NCBI GenBank assembly: GCA_035517595.1
Contig: DATIYN010000176.1
Coordinates: forward strand, 1 to 41,276
Direction: 5' to 3'
Source: Burkholderiales bacterium
GTDB taxonomy: Bacteria > Pseudomonadota > Gammaproteobacteria > Burkholderiales > SG8-39
Length of the DNA stretch: 41,276 nucleotides
In this document: positions 17,266 to 31,883 of the stretch, piece after piece
How the letters are laid out: each line of letters opens with the position of its first letter
How positions within the stretch are numbered: the stretch's first letter is position 1
The notes under the pieces: generated by a model
The model's database searches: none
The model's input: the letters and a program-made list of their open reading frames with translations, nothing else
What the model was told of the DNA's origin: nothing
Translations under genes and position numbers: made by a program

Positions 17266-18198
17266 CTAGACGACGGCCTCCTCTTTCTTCTCCTTGACCG
17301 GCTTCACCAGGTCCTCACGGCGCACGCCCAGCCAGCGCACCAGCGGCGCCATGACCAGCACCGACGAGTAGATGCCGAAGCAGATGCCGATGGTGAGGGC
17401 GAGCGCGAAGTAGTGGAGCGCCGGCCCGCCGAACACCAGCATCGAGGTCACCATGGTCTGGGTGCAGCCGTGGGTGATGATGGTGCGCGAGATCGTGCGG
17501 GTGATGGCGTTGTCGATGATCTCGGTGACGCTCGCCTTGCGCATCTTCCTGAAGTTCTCGCGGATCCGGTCGGCGATGACCACCGACTCGTTCACCGAGT
17601 AGCCGAGCACGGCGAGCACCGCCGCCAGCACCGGCAGCGAGAACTCCCACTGGAACAGCGCGAAGCAGCCGAGGATGATCACGACGTCGTGGAGGTTGGC
17701 GATGATGGCCGCCACGCCGAACTTCCACTCGAAACGCAGCGCGAGGTAGAGCACGATGCCGATCGAGGTGATCAGCAGCGCGAGCGCGCCGTTCTCGGCG
17801 AGCTCCCGCCCCACCTGGGGCCCCACGAACTCGACCCGCCGCAGCGTCGCCCCGCTGTCCTGCGCCGACAGGCCTCCCATGACGGCTTTCGAGAGCTCGG
17901 AGCTGTTCTGGCCGGGCTTGAGCGGCATCCGGATGAGGACGTCGCGCGACGAGCCGAAGTTCTGCACCGAGTAGTCGTTGTAGCCGCGCGAGTCGAGCGC
18001 CTTGCGTATCTGGTCGACGTCGGCGGCCTGGGGGTAGCTCACCTCCATCACCGTGCCGCCGGTGAACTCGATCGAGAAATTCAGCCCCTTGGTCGCGAGA
18101 AAGAACACCGCCAGCAGGAAGGTGATCAGCGACACGATGTTGAACGCCAGCGCATGGCGCATGAACGGGATGTCGCGGCGGATCTTGAAGAATTCCAT
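17266..18198 (-). CDS. secF: protein translocase subunit SecF
   Basis: 310 aa. Conserved SecF blocks include FSIEFTGGT, and the C-terminal half is six-TM. Confidence 0.93.
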   Translation of the reverse strand: MEFFKIRRDIPFMRHALAFNIVSLITFLLAVFFLATKGLNFSIEFTGGTVMEVSYPQAADVDQIRKALDSRGYNDYSVQNFGSSRDVLIRMPLKPGQNSSELSKAVMGGLSAQDSGATLRRVEFVGPQVGRELAENGALALLITSIGIVLYLALRFEWKFGVAAIIANLHDVVIILGCFALFQWEFSLPVLAAVLAVLGYSVNESVVIADRIRENFRKMRKASVTEIIDNAITRTISRTIITHGCTQTMVTSMLVFGGPALHYFALALTIGICFGIYSSVLVMAPLVRWLGVRREDLVKPVKEKKEEAVV

Positions 18199-18215
18199 GC
18201 GCTACGCCTTTTCCG

Positions 18216-20072
18216 TCACTTCCAGGCGGTATTGCCGATCGACACGCGCTCGAGCTTCTTGCGCGTGCCGTAGACGAGGTTGACCATGCTGCGGCTCACC
18301 ACGACCGAGGAGAAGATCGAGGTGAGAATGCCCAGGCAGTGAACCACCGCGAACCCGCGCACCGGCCCCGAGCCGAAGATGAGGAGCGCGAGGCCTGCGA
18401 TCAGGGTTGTGACGTTCGAGTCCAGGATGGTGCCGAAGGCGCGCTCGTAGCCCGCGTGGATCGCCGCCTGGGGCGTCGCGCCGCCGCGCAGCTCCTCGCG
18501 CACGCGCTCGTTGATGAGCACGTTGGCGTCGATCGCCATGCCCAGGGTGAGCGCGATCGCCGCGATGCCGGGAAGCGTGAGCGTCGCCTGGAGGGCCGAC
18601 AGCACCGCGACCAGGAACAGCAGGTTCGCGCACAGGGCGAGGGTCGAGAACACGCCGAACAGCGCGTAGTACACGATGATGAAGAGCGACAGAGCCGCGA
18701 AGCCGTATACGGTGGAGTCGAAGCCCTTCCTGATGTTCTCGGCGCCGAGCGACGGGCCGACGGTGCGCTCCTCGACGATCTCCATGGGGGCCGCGAGAGC
18801 GCCGGCCCGGAGGAGCAGCGCCACATCGTTCGCCTCCACCGTCGTCATGCGTCCGCTGATCTGCACGCGCCCGCCGCCGATCTCGGTGCGGATCACCGGC
18901 GCGGTGACGACCTCGCCCTTGCCCTTCTCGATGAGCAGGATCGCCATGCGCTTGCCGACGTTCTCGCGCGTGACCTCCTTGAAGATGCGCGCTCCGGTTG
19001 CGTCCAGGGTGAGGTGGACCGCCGGCTCGTGCGTCTGGCTGTCGAATCCGGGCTGCGCGTCGGTGAGCCGGTCGCCCGTGAGCACGACCTGCTTGCGCAC
19101 TAGGATCGGCGCCCCGTCGCGCTCGACGTAGAACTCGTCGCCGAAGGGCACCTGCCCCGCGCGCGCCGCGGCGAGCGCCGCCGGATTCATGTTCTCCGTG
19201 TCGACCATGCGCACCTCGAGGGTCGCCGTGCGCCCGAGGATCTCCTTCGCCTTGGCGGTGTCCTGCACGCCGGGAAGCTGAACGACGACGCGGTCCGAGC
19301 CCTGCTGCTGGATAACCGGCTCCGCGACCCCGAGCTCGTTGATGCGGTTGTGCAGGGTCTGGATGTTCTGCTTGAGGGCGAATTCCTGGGTGCGCTTCTG
19401 CGCCTCGGGCTTGATCGACGCGACGAGCAGCAGGTCGCTCCCCGAGGTCGAGTCCGTGAGCTGCAGGTCTGGAATCTGGTCGGCGATGATGGCCCGCGCC
19501 TTGTCGCGCGTGTCGCCGTCGCGGAAGCGCACCACGATGTCGTTGCCCTCGCGCGTGATGCCCGAATGGCGCACGTTCTTGTCGCGCAGCTGGGAGCGGA
19601 TGTCCCCGGCGAGGCTCTCGGCGCGCTTGGCGATCGCCGCTTTCATGTCGACCTGCAGCAGGAAGTGCACGCCGCCGCGCAGGTCCAGCCCGAGGTACAT
19701 CGGCTGCGCGATGGCCCCGAGCCAGCGCGGCGAGTTCGGCAGGAGGTTGAGCGCGACGGTATAGGACGGGTTGGCGGCGTCCGGGTTGAGCGCCTGGTCG
19801 ACGACGTCCCTCGCCTTGAGCTGGGTGTCGGTGTCGGCGAGGCGCACCTTCACGCCGGTCAGGTCGAGAAAAAGGCCGGTCGGCTGGATCCCCGCCTTCT
19901 TCAGCGCGTCCTCGACCCGGCCGAGCAGCGCGTTGTCTGCCTTGAGGACGGCGCGCGCGGGCGAAACCTGCACGGCCGGCGCCTCGCCGAAGAAGTTCGG
20001 CAACGTATACAGGGCCCCGAGCAGCAGCGCCACCGCGATGGTGGCGTAGACCCAGACAGGGTACCGATTCAT
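18216..20072 (-). CDS. secD: protein translocase subunit SecD
   Basis: 618 aa. It has a large periplasmic P1 domain and C-terminal TM blocks (LPGIAAIALTLGMAIDANVLI). Confidence 0.93.
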   Translation of the reverse strand: MNRYPVWVYATIAVALLLGALYTLPNFFGEAPAVQVSPARAVLKADNALLGRVEDALKKAGIQPTGLFLDLTGVKVRLADTDTQLKARDVVDQALNPDAANPSYTVALNLLPNSPRWLGAIAQPMYLGLDLRGGVHFLLQVDMKAAIAKRAESLAGDIRSQLRDKNVRHSGITREGNDIVVRFRDGDTRDKARAIIADQIPDLQLTDSTSGSDLLLVASIKPEAQKRTQEFALKQNIQTLHNRINELGVAEPVIQQQGSDRVVVQLPGVQDTAKAKEILGRTATLEVRMVDTENMNPAALAAARAGQVPFGDEFYVERDGAPILVRKQVVLTGDRLTDAQPGFDSQTHEPAVHLTLDATGARIFKEVTRENVGKRMAILLIEKGKGEVVTAPVIRTEIGGGRVQISGRMTTVEANDVALLLRAGALAAPMEIVEERTVGPSLGAENIRKGFDSTVYGFAALSLFIIVYYALFGVFSTLALCANLLFLVAVLSALQATLTLPGIAAIALTLGMAIDANVLINERVREELRGGATPQAAIHAGYERAFGTILDSNVTTLIAGLALLIFGSGPVRGFAVVHCLGILTSIFSSVVVSRSMVNLVYGTRKKLERVSIGNTAWK

Positions 20073-20408
20073 CTAGATCGACTTGATCGTGCCCTTGGGC
20101 AGCAGCGTCTGGATCGCGCTTCTCTGCACCTGCACCTCGGTGTCGGCCGCGATCTCGATCGACACGTAGGCCTCGCCGATCTTGGTGACCTTGCCGAGCA
20201 CGCCGCCCGAGGTGATGACCTCGTCGCCCTTCTGCAAGGCCTCGGTCATCTGCTTGTGCTCCTTCGCGCGCTTCATCTGCGGGCGGATCATCAGGAAGTA
20301 CAGCAGGGCGAACATCCCGATGATGATGAAGAACTGCTCGTAGCCGGGTCCGGCCCCGCCCGGGGCGCCCTGCGCGAATGCGGGGGAAATCAGCACGTGG
20401 ATCTCCAA
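20073..20408 (-). CDS. yajC: preprotein translocase subunit YajC
   Basis: A single TM helix is followed by IRPQMKRAKEHK and GDEVITSGGVLGKV. The start may be the GTG 12 nt downstream. Confidence 0.88.
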   Translation of the reverse strand: MEIHVLISPAFAQGAPGGAGPGYEQFFIIIGMFALLYFLMIRPQMKRAKEHKQMTEALQKGDEVITSGGVLGKVTKIGEAYVSIEIAADTEVQVQRSAIQTLLPKGTIKSI

Positions 20409-20454
20409 TGCGGTATGCAGCGAGGCGGGGAGTATACCATCGGGACCCGGCGGT

Positions 20455-23116
<2,662 letters not shown>

Positions 23117-23119
23117 CCA

Positions 23120-23206
23120 GCCGGGATGGCGGAACTGGTAGACGCAGCGGACTCAAAATCCGCCGGTGGCAACACCATGTGGGTTCGATTCCCTCTCCCG
23201 GCACCA
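23120..23206 (+). tRNA. tRNA-Leu (anticodon CAA)
   Basis: Hand-folded cloverleaf. Acceptor stem is GCCGGGA/TCCCGGC and the anticodon stem is GCGGA/TCCGC with loop CTCAAAA. It has a long variable arm, a T-loop GGTTCGATTCC and an encoded CCA. Confidence 0.9.
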
Positions 23207-23266
23207 AAGCGAAACCAATTGTTTCCGCGGTCAACCCGCCATGCACCTGCGGCGTTCCCCACCACC

Positions 23267-24751
<1,485 letters not shown>

Positions 24752-24759
24752 GAGGCTGC

Positions 24760-25962
24760 ATGGACCGAAGACGATTCGTACGCGCGGGGGCCGGAGCGGC
24801 GCTCGCGCTCGCCGGGGCCCGCGTGTGGGCTGCGCCCGCCGCGGGCTCGACCAAGCTGCTCGTGGTCATGCTGCGCGGCGCCTACGACGGCGCGAGCCTG
24901 CTCGTGCCGTATTCGAGCGACTTCTACTACCGCGCCCGTCCGGGCATCGCCGTTCCGCGCCCCGGCGCAGGCGACGGCGCGGCGATCCGGCTGGACGCCG
25001 ACTGGGCGCTGAATCCCGCGGTCAGGGACACCCTGCTTCCGCTCTACGCGAAAAAGCAGGCCGCTTTCGTTCCCTTCAGCGGAAGCGGCGACACCTCGCG
25101 CAGCCATTTCCAGGCGCAGGACCTGATGGAGATGGGGCAGGGGGGCGCCGGGCCCCTCGACTATTCGAGCGGCTTCCTCAACCGGCTGGTGCAGGCGCTG
25201 GGCAGCGACCCACGCGCAGGTGGCGTCGCGTTCACGAACAACCTCACCCTTGCGTTCAAGGGCCCGGTCCCGGTGCCGAACGTGTCGCTGCGGGGAGGCG
25301 CGCGCGCGCCGCTGCCGCAAGGCGAGGGCGAGCGCATCGCGGCCATGTACGAGGGCACGCCGCTCGCCTCGGTCGCCGCGGCCGGCATCGAGACGCGGAG
25401 GGAAGTCTCGCAGCAGCTGATGACCGAGATGGCCGAGTCCGCGCGCGGCGCCGGGCCGGCGCGGGCGTTCGAGAGCCAGGCGCGCGTGGTCGGCAGGCTG
25501 ATGGCGAGCAAATCGTCGTACTCGATCGGCTTCGTCGACGTCGGCGGCTGGGACACGCACGTAAACCAGGGCGCGGCGCAGGGGGCGCTCGCGAACAACC
25601 TCGAAGGACTGGCGGCCGGAATCGCCGCGTTCGCGTCCGAGATGGGCGCGCTGTGGCCTGGCACCGCGGTCGTCGTGCTGTCCGAGTTCGGCCGCACCGC
25701 CCGCGAGAACGGCAACCGCGGCACCGACCACGGCCACGGCAACACGCTGTGGGTGCTGGGGGGCGGCGTCGCCGGCGGGCGCGTCGCCGGCGAGCAGGTC
25801 CCGGTCGACGAGCGGCACCTGTACCAGGACCGGGATTTCCCGGTGCTCAACGACTATCGCTCGGTCCTGGCGCATCTCTTCGCCCGCATGTACGGGCTGG
25901 ACGGGGCGCGCATCGAGCGCGTGCTCCCGGGCGCCAAGGCCCGGAATTACGGCCTGGTCTAG
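24760..25962 (+). CDS. DUF1501 domain-containing protein (sulfatase/alkaline-phosphatase-like) with Tat signal
   Basis: Twin-arginine leader MDRRRFVRAGAGAALALAGARVWA. DUF1501 blocks GGWDTH and GRT..EN...GTDHGHGN are present. AGGAGG lies upstream of the ATG. Confidence 0.8.
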   Translation: MDRRRFVRAGAGAALALAGARVWAAPAAGSTKLLVVMLRGAYDGASLLVPYSSDFYYRARPGIAVPRPGAGDGAAIRLDADWALNPAVRDTLLPLYAKKQAAFVPFSGSGDTSRSHFQAQDLMEMGQGGAGPLDYSSGFLNRLVQALGSDPRAGGVAFTNNLTLAFKGPVPVPNVSLRGGARAPLPQGEGERIAAMYEGTPLASVAAAGIETRREVSQQLMTEMAESARGAGPARAFESQARVVGRLMASKSSYSIGFVDVGGWDTHVNQGAAQGALANNLEGLAAGIAAFASEMGALWPGTAVVVLSEFGRTARENGNRGTDHGHGNTLWVLGGGVAGGRVAGEQVPVDERHLYQDRDFPVLNDYRSVLAHLFARMYGLDGARIERVLPGAKARNYGLV

Positions 25963-26016
25963 CGGAATCGTCACGAAACGCCGGCGCGCGGTTGATATCA
26001 TGCGGCTGGAGCATTC

Positions 26017-26949
26017 ATGTTCGAACCGCGCCTCGATCACTTCGCCAGCCTCGGCCCCCACGGATTCCATCGCGTCGCCTACGCCGAGTGGGGCGACCAC
26101 GACTCGCGGCACGTGGTGGTGTGCGTCCACGGGCTCACGCGCAACAGCCGCGACTTCGACGAGCTCGCCCACTACCTCGCGGTGCGCGGCTGCCGCGTCG
26201 TGTGCCTGGACGTCGTCGGCCGCGGCGACAGCGACTGGCTCGAGGACAAGGCGGACTACGGGTTCGCGCAGTACGTGACCGACGCGGCGGCGCTGCTCGC
26301 CCGCGTCACCGCGCCCAGGGCCACGCTTATGGGACGGATGCGGGGCGAAGGCAGGGTGCACAAGATCGACTGGGTCGGCACGTCGATGGGCGGACTGATC
26401 GGCATGATGGTCGCGGCCGAGCCCGGCTCGCCGATCCGCCATCTCGTGCTGAACGACGTCGGGCCGCGCATCCCCTGGCCGGCGCTCGCGCGCCTCAAGC
26501 TCGCGTCGATCGGCGAGGGCGCCCGCTTTGCGGGCGTCAGGGAAGTCGAGGCCTATCTTCGCGACGCCTGCGCGTCCTTCGGCCCGCTGAAGGACGGCCA
26601 ATGGCGCAAGCTCGCCGTCCACAGCTCGCGCCGCGGTCCCGACGGCAGGTACCGGCTCGCGCACGACCCGGCGATCGTGAGCACGCTGCGCTCGGGCGGC
26701 GGCGCCGGGGTCGCTTTCGGCGCCGATTTCTTCTTCGGCATCGACCTTTGGAAGATCTGGGATGCCGTGAAGTGCCCGACGCTGGTGCTGCGCGGGGCTG
26801 AATCCGACCTGCTGCTCGAGTCCACGGTGAAGCAGATGCAGGGGCGCGGGCCGGCGGTGAAGGCGGTGGAATTCCCCGGCGTGGGGCACGCCCCCTGGCT
26901 GATGAGCGAGGACCAGATCCGCCCGATCGCCGATTTCCTGCTTGCATGA
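26017..26949 (+). CDS. alpha/beta fold hydrolase
   Basis: An HG oxyanion region (VVCVHGLTRN), nucleophile elbow GTSMGG and a C-terminal GHAP histidine. GGAG lies upstream of the ATG. Confidence 0.8.
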   Translation: MFEPRLDHFASLGPHGFHRVAYAEWGDHDSRHVVVCVHGLTRNSRDFDELAHYLAVRGCRVVCLDVVGRGDSDWLEDKADYGFAQYVTDAAALLARVTAPRATLMGRMRGEGRVHKIDWVGTSMGGLIGMMVAAEPGSPIRHLVLNDVGPRIPWPALARLKLASIGEGARFAGVREVEAYLRDACASFGPLKDGQWRKLAVHSSRRGPDGRYRLAHDPAIVSTLRSGGGAGVAFGADFFFGIDLWKIWDAVKCPTLVLRGAESDLLLESTVKQMQGRGPAVKAVEFPGVGHAPWLMSEDQIRPIADFLLA

Positions 26950-27917
26950 AGGTCTGCGTCGTCGGCGCGGGAGCGATAGGAGGGCTGGTCGCGTCGGGTC
27001 TGGCGCGCGCCGGCCACGAGGTCTGCCTGGTCGCGCGTGGCGCGCATCTGGACGCCCTGCGCGCCAACGGGCTGACGCTCCTGTCGGGCGAGAGGCGCGA
27101 GGTGTTCCGCCTGCACGCGTCGGACGATCCAGCCGGACTGGGCGCGCAGGAGGTCGTGTTCATCTGCCTCAAGACGCCCTCGATCGCCGCGATGCTGCCG
27201 CGCGTGAAACCGCTCCTCGCGCGCGACACGGTGGTCGTCCCCGCCATAAACGGCCTGCCGTGGTGGTACTTCTATCGCGAAGGCGGAAGGTTCGACGGGC
27301 AAGCGATCGCCTGCCTGGATCCGGAAGGCGCGCTGCTTCGCTCGCTGGATCCGAAGCACATCGTCGGGTGCGTGGTGCACGCCGCGGCGCAGATTCCGGA
27401 GCCCGGCGTCGTGCGCCACACCGCGGGCCGGGAGTTCCTGCTCGGCGAACCCGACCGCTCGAAGTCGGCGCGCGCCGAGAGGCTGGTGGCGGCGATGAAT
27501 GCGGCGGGCTTCGAGGCGACGCTCGCCGCCGACATCCGCCTCGAGATCTGGATCAAGCTCGTCGGCAACCTGTCCTACAACCCGGTCGCAGCGCTCGCGC
27601 TCGCCCACATGGACGACATCCACGGCAACGAGGCCCTGCTCGCGCTTGTCCGCACGGTCATGGAGGAGGGCATGCGGGTCGCCGAGGCCTACGGCGCGCG
27701 CATCCCGGTGAGCGTCGAGGAGCGCATCGCCATCGCGAAGAAGCTCGCGGGCGCGAAGATTTCCATGCATCAGGACGTCGAGCGGCGCCGCCCTCTCGAG
27801 GTCGCCGCCATCGTCGGCGCGGTGGTCGAGCTCGCGCGCAAGGCGGGCATCGCCACGCCGATGACCGACGCGGTCCACGCGCTGGTCGCCGAGCGCGCGA
27901 AGCACCTCGACCGCTAG
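26946..27917 (+). CDS. panE: 2-dehydropantoate 2-reductase (ApbA/PanE family)
   Basis: Rossmann motif [13 protein letters not shown] and a C-terminal ketopantoate reductase domain (S.HQD.ERRR.LE). An ATGA overlap links it to the hydrolase. Confidence 0.78.
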   Translation: MKVCVVGAGAIGGLVASGLARAGHEVCLVARGAHLDALRANGLTLLSGERREVFRLHASDDPAGLGAQEVVFICLKTPSIAAMLPRVKPLLARDTVVVPAINGLPWWYFYREGGRFDGQAIACLDPEGALLRSLDPKHIVGCVVHAAAQIPEPGVVRHTAGREFLLGEPDRSKSARAERLVAAMNAAGFEATLAADIRLEIWIKLVGNLSYNPVAALALAHMDDIHGNEALLALVRTVMEEGMRVAEAYGARIPVSVEERIAIAKKLAGAKISMHQDVERRRPLEVAAIVGAVVELARKAGIATPMTDAVHALVAERAKHLDR

Positions 27918-28930
27918 CGCTGGGTGTGCGCCGCGAAGAGGGCGGCGGTGAAGACGAGCAGCGCGCCCGCCTGGTGCGCGGCGGCGAGCGGCACCGGGAC
28001 GACGAGCAGAAGCGTCGCGATCCCGAGCGCGATCTGCAGCGCGAGCGCGGCGAGCAGCAGGCTCGCTGCGAGTCTGACGCGTGGCGCCGCTCCGCGCTCC
28101 CGCAGCCAGAACCAGGGCACGAGGATCGCGAGCAGCCAGGCGATCAGCCGGTGGTCGAACTGCACGGTCGCGATGTTGCTGAAGAAGTTGAGGTACCAGG
28201 GCTCGATCACGAACATCCCCGGCGGCAGGAAGTGCCGGTTCATGAGCGGGAACGTGTTGTACGCGAGCCCCGCGCGGATTCCGGCGACGAAGGCGCCCGA
28301 GATTATCTGGACGAAGACGAGCGCGACGAGCGCGAGCGCGAATTTCCGCGGTCCGGCCTCGCGCGCGCGCGGGAAGAGCAGGTCGAGCGCGACCCATAAC
28401 ATCGCCGCGTAGATGAGGAGCGCCGTGCCCAGGTGCGCGGCAAGCCGGTACTGGGAGACGCGCGGGTCGTCGACGAGGCCCGACTGAACCATGTACCAGC
28501 CCATCGCGCCCTGCAGCCCGCCGAGCGCGAAGATCACCGCGAGCTTCCACGTCAGCGCGCGGTCGATCCGCCCGCGCACCGCGAACCACACGAGCGGCAG
28601 AAGGAAAACGGCGCCGATCAGCCGGCCGAGAAGACGGTGAGCGTATTCCCACCAGAAGATGTCCTTGAATGCGGCGAGGTCCATCCCGGGATTGACGAGC
28701 TTGAACTCGGGAGTTTCCTGATATTTGCGGAAGGCCTCCTGCCATGCGGCGTCGTCGAGCGGAGGCAGCGCGCCGACGATGGGCTGCCACTCGACGATCG
28801 ACAGGCCCGAGTGCGTGAGGCGCGTGACGCCTCCGACGACCACCATCGCGAACACGAGCGCGCAGCACGCGAGCAGCCAGGCCGCGACGCCCCGGTCGTG
28901 CATTTCGCCACTGGATGCTCCGATTGACAT
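27914..28930 (-). CDS. ctaA: COX15/CtaA family haem A synthase
   Basis: 338 aa, about eight TM helices. [18 protein letters not shown] and EYAHR motifs are present with conserved His residues. The start could also be the Met at 28903. Confidence 0.85.
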   Translation of the reverse strand: MSIGASSGEMHDRGVAAWLLACCALVFAMVVVGGVTRLTHSGLSIVEWQPIVGALPPLDDAAWQEAFRKYQETPEFKLVNPGMDLAAFKDIFWWEYAHRLLGRLIGAVFLLPLVWFAVRGRIDRALTWKLAVIFALGGLQGAMGWYMVQSGLVDDPRVSQYRLAAHLGTALLIYAAMLWVALDLLFPRAREAGPRKFALALVALVFVQIISGAFVAGIRAGLAYNTFPLMNRHFLPPGMFVIEPWYLNFFSNIATVQFDHRLIAWLLAILVPWFWLRERGAAPRVRLAASLLLAALALQIALGIATLLLVVPVPLAAAHQAGALLVFTAALFAAHTQR

Positions 28931-28979
28931 GGGTTAAAGTAGCGCGGATGTGCCGGGGATGGGCTTCAGGAGGCTGGCC

Positions 28980-29216
28980 ATGTTTGCAATCGTGTACAAG
29001 TCGGACGGGGTGCCGATCTGCGTGCAGGTTCCGGGCGTGTCGCCCGACCCGGTCGTGGTATGGACCTCGGAGAACGCGGCCAAGGCCTTCATCGAGAGCA
29101 AGGGCGGCGCAGCCGAATTCCAGCCGGTCTCCGTAAACGAGCAGTCGATGGAAAAGATGGCCAAGGCGCTCGGCTGCCCGGTCGAGAAGCTCATGGTCGA
29201 GCCGTATCCCTCCTAA
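28980..29216 (+). CDS. small hypothetical protein (78 aa)
   Basis: ATG at 28980 is preceded by AGGAGG with 6-nt spacing. The composition is protein-like rather than Arg/Ala/Gly/Pro-rich. I recognise no family. Confidence 0.5.
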   Translation: MFAIVYKSDGVPICVQVPGVSPDPVVVWTSENAAKAFIESKGGAAEFQPVSVNEQSMEKMAKALGCPVEKLMVEPYPS

Positions 29217-30046
29217 AGCGTCACTTCCACGTTGTCGATGAGCCGCGTGCGGCCAAGGAAGGCCGCGGCGAGCACCACCAGCTCGCGGTCGCCCTCCGCG
29301 GGTGGCTGAAGGTCGGATTGCCGCCGCACCGAGACGTAGTCCGGGCGCCATCCCTTGTTCGCCAACGTCGACATCGCCTGCAGCTCGATGCGGCGGAAAT
29401 CGCGCTTGCCCGCCTGCACCTCGTCGCCGGCGGCGCGCAGGCACCGGTACAGGCGCGGCGCCTCGGCGCGCTCGGCGGGCGACAGATAGCCGTTCCGCGA
29501 GCTGAGCGCGAGGCCGTCGTCGGCGCGAACGGTCTCGGCGGGGACGATCTCCACCGGCAGCGCGAGCTGCTTCACCATGTCGCGCAGCACCACGTATTGC
29601 TGGTAGTCCTTCTTGCCGAAGATCGCAATGTGCGGCGATACCATGTTGAACAGCTTCATCACCACCGTGGCGACGCCGCGGAAATGGCCGGGACGGAACG
29701 CGCCCTCGAGGATGTGCTGCAGGTCCGAGGGTTCGACGAGGAAAGTCTGCGGCTCCGGATAGATCTCACGCTCGGTCGGCGCGAACACCACGTCGACGCC
29801 GACCTCCTTCATCTTGTCGGAGTCCGCCTGCAGGGTGCGCGGGTAGCGCTCGTAGTCCTCCTTGGGGCCGAACTGGATGCGGTTCACGAAAATGCTCACC
29901 ACGGTGCAGGCAGCGCCGCGCTCCTTCGCCATGCGCATGAGCTGGATGTGGCCGGCGTGGAGATTGCCCATCGTCGGGACGAAGACGTTGTCGGGCTCGC
30001 GCTGCAGCCGCTCGCGCAGGGCCCCGACCGAGGTGATCACGTCCAC
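29213..30046 (-). CDS. panC: pantoate--beta-alanine ligase
   Basis: The GTG start shares 1 nt with the panB stop (TAGTG). [10 protein letters not shown] (HIGH-like) and FGKKDYQQ motifs are present. Length is 277 aa. The longer track ORF N-terminus is rejected. Confidence 0.9.
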   Translation of the reverse strand: MDVITSVGALRERLQREPDNVFVPTMGNLHAGHIQLMRMAKERGAACTVVSIFVNRIQFGPKEDYERYPRTLQADSDKMKEVGVDVVFAPTEREIYPEPQTFLVEPSDLQHILEGAFRPGHFRGVATVVMKLFNMVSPHIAIFGKKDYQQYVVLRDMVKQLALPVEIVPAETVRADDGLALSSRNGYLSPAERAEAPRLYRCLRAAGDEVQAGKRDFRRIELQAMSTLANKGWRPDYVSVRRQSDLQPPAEGDRELVVLAAAFLGRTRLIDNVEVTL

Positions 30047-30840
30047 TAGAAGGAGTGCTCTTCCGCGGGGAAGCTGCCGTCCCTGACGGCGCGCACGTAG
30101 CGCTCGGCCGCGTCGGCGATTGAGGAGGCGCCCTTCATGAAGTTGCGCACGAACCTCGCCTTCTTCCCCGGAAAGACGTCGAGCATGTCGTGCAGCACCA
30201 GCACCTGCCCCGAGCAGCCGGGGCCGGCGCCTATGCCTATCGTGGGGATGCGCAGGCGCTGCGTGACTTGCTCGCCGAGCCTCGCCGGAATCGCCTCGAG
30301 CACGAGCAGCTCCGCCCCCGCCGACTCGAGCTCGATCGCGTCCTCGATCAGCTTCTGCTCCGCCTCGTCTCCCTTGCCCTGCACGCGGTAGCCCCCGAAC
30401 TTGTGCACCGACTGCGGCGTGAGGCCGAGGTGCCCGCATACCGGGACGCCGCGCTGCGCGAGGAAGCGCACCGTCTCGGCGAACTCCGCGCCTCCCTCGA
30501 GCTTCACCATCTGCGCGCCCGCGGCCATCAGCTCGGCCGCGCTGCGGAACGCCTGCTGCGGCGATTCCTGGTAGGTGCCGAAGGGCATGTCGGCGATCAG
30601 GAACGCGCGCTTGCTCCCTCGCGCGACGCAGGCGGTGTGGTACGCCATGTCGGCGAGCTTCACCGGCAGCGTGGTCTCGTGCCCCTGGATCACGTTGCCC
30701 AGCGAATCGCCGACGAGCAGGCTGTCCAGTCCGGCCGCGTCGAGCATCGCGGCGAAGCTCGCGTCGTAGCAGGTGAGCTGGGCTATCTTCACCCCATCGT
30801 CGCGCTGCTTCTGCAGCGCCTTGATGGTCAGTCGGGTCAT
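30046..30840 (-). CDS. panB: 3-methyl-2-oxobutanoate hydroxymethyltransferase
   Basis: 264 aa. Conserved PanB blocks include LTCYD, VGDSLG and KLEGG. Confidence 0.92.
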   Translation of the reverse strand: MTRLTIKALQKQRDDGVKIAQLTCYDASFAAMLDAAGLDSLLVGDSLGNVIQGHETTLPVKLADMAYHTACVARGSKRAFLIADMPFGTYQESPQQAFRSAAELMAAGAQMVKLEGGAEFAETVRFLAQRGVPVCGHLGLTPQSVHKFGGYRVQGKGDEAEQKLIEDAIELESAGAELLVLEAIPARLGEQVTQRLRIPTIGIGAGPGCSGQVLVLHDMLDVFPGKKARFVRNFMKGASSIADAAERYVRAVRDGSFPAEEHSF

Positions 30841-30841
30841 C

Positions 30842-31483
30842 CTAGTCTCCCCAGTTGAAGAACTCGCGGCTGCCGCGCAGGGCGCCGATGCGCTCGATCA
30901 GCAGGTCGAGGTCGCGGTCCTCCCTGACGAAATCGAGCCTCTCAGAATTCACGACGAGGACCGGCACCCCGCTGAAGTGGTAGAAGAAGCGGTTGTAGCT
31001 GTCGGCGAGCAGGGCGAGATACTCCGGGGTGATGGGCCGCTCGAATTCTACGCCGCGCCGGCGCACCCGCTCGAACAGGGTCTGGGGCTGCGCCTGCAGG
31101 TAAATGACGAGGTCGGGACGCGGTGCTTGGGGCCTGAGCGAGTCGAATATCTGCTGGTAGAGGTGCAGCTCGTCGCCCTCGAGCGTGAGGCGCGCGAACA
31201 GCGGGTCCTTCTCGAGCAGGAAGTCGCACACGGTGACACGGCTGAACAGGTCCAGCTGCGCGAGCTCGCGCAGCTGCGCGATCCGCTGGAAGAGGAAGAA
31301 CAGCTGGGTGGGCAGGGCGAAGCGGACCATGTCCTGGTAGAAGCGCGGAAGAAAGGGGTTCTGCTCGGGGCGCTCGAGCACCAGGTTGGCCTGGAGCCGG
31401 GCGGCGAGGCGCCGCGCGAGGCTGGTCTTGCCGACGCCTATCGGGCCTTCGACGACGATGTAGTGGTACCTGGAGAGGGACAC
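30842..31483 (-). CDS. deoxynucleoside kinase family protein
   Basis: P-loop [12 protein letters not shown] and ERP..NPFL / DR blocks belong to the dNK family. GTG start is preceded by GGGAG. Confidence 0.8.
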   Translation of the reverse strand: MSLSRYHYIVVEGPIGVGKTSLARRLAARLQANLVLERPEQNPFLPRFYQDMVRFALPTQLFFLFQRIAQLRELAQLDLFSRVTVCDFLLEKDPLFARLTLEGDELHLYQQIFDSLRPQAPRPDLVIYLQAQPQTLFERVRRRGVEFERPITPEYLALLADSYNRFFYHFSGVPVLVVNSERLDFVREDRDLDLLIERIGALRGSREFFNWGD

Positions 31484-31535
31484 CGGGGCTCCCGAAAACG
31501 GCGCCCATCATACACAAGGAGGGACCCGCGGAGGA

Positions 31536-31883
31536 TCAGCCGCGGAAGATGAAGTAGACGGCGCCGACGATGCACAGCGCCGCCCACAGATAGTCGAGCT
31601 TGAGCGGCTGGTTCATGTAGTAGAGCGCGAACGGAACGAACACGCAGAGGGTGATCACCTCCTGGATGATCTTCAGCTGCGCCAGGCTGAACTGCGTGAA
31701 CCCGATGCGGTTCGCCGGAACCTGGAGCAGGTACTCGAAGAGCGCCACGCCCCACGAGACGAGCGCCGCGATGAACCAGGGCTTGGCTGAGAGCTCCTTG
31801 AGGTGCGCGTACCAGGCGAAGGTCATGAAGACGTTCGAGAGCGTGAGCAGGACGACTGTTTGCGCTAGAACCGGTATTTTCAC
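31536..31883 (-). CDS. small DMT-family membrane protein (DUF486)
   Basis: 115 aa with four hydrophobic helices. The N-terminus has VLLLTLSNVFMTFAWYAHLK, typical of DUF486. The GTG start overlaps the folK stop (GTGA). Confidence 0.75.
   Translation of the reverse strand: MKIPVLAQTVVLLTLSNVFMTFAWYAHLKELSAKPWFIAALVSWGVALFEYLLQVPANRIGFTQFSLAQLKIIQEVITLCVFVPFALYYMNQPLKLDYLWAALCIVGAVYFIFRG

Noticed and set aside
31484-31535. Internal promoter (TATGAT) in the only real gap of the hda-panC string.
   Set aside because: The hexamer is good, but there is no -35 or TG extension. I mention it in the operon finding and do not call it as a feature.
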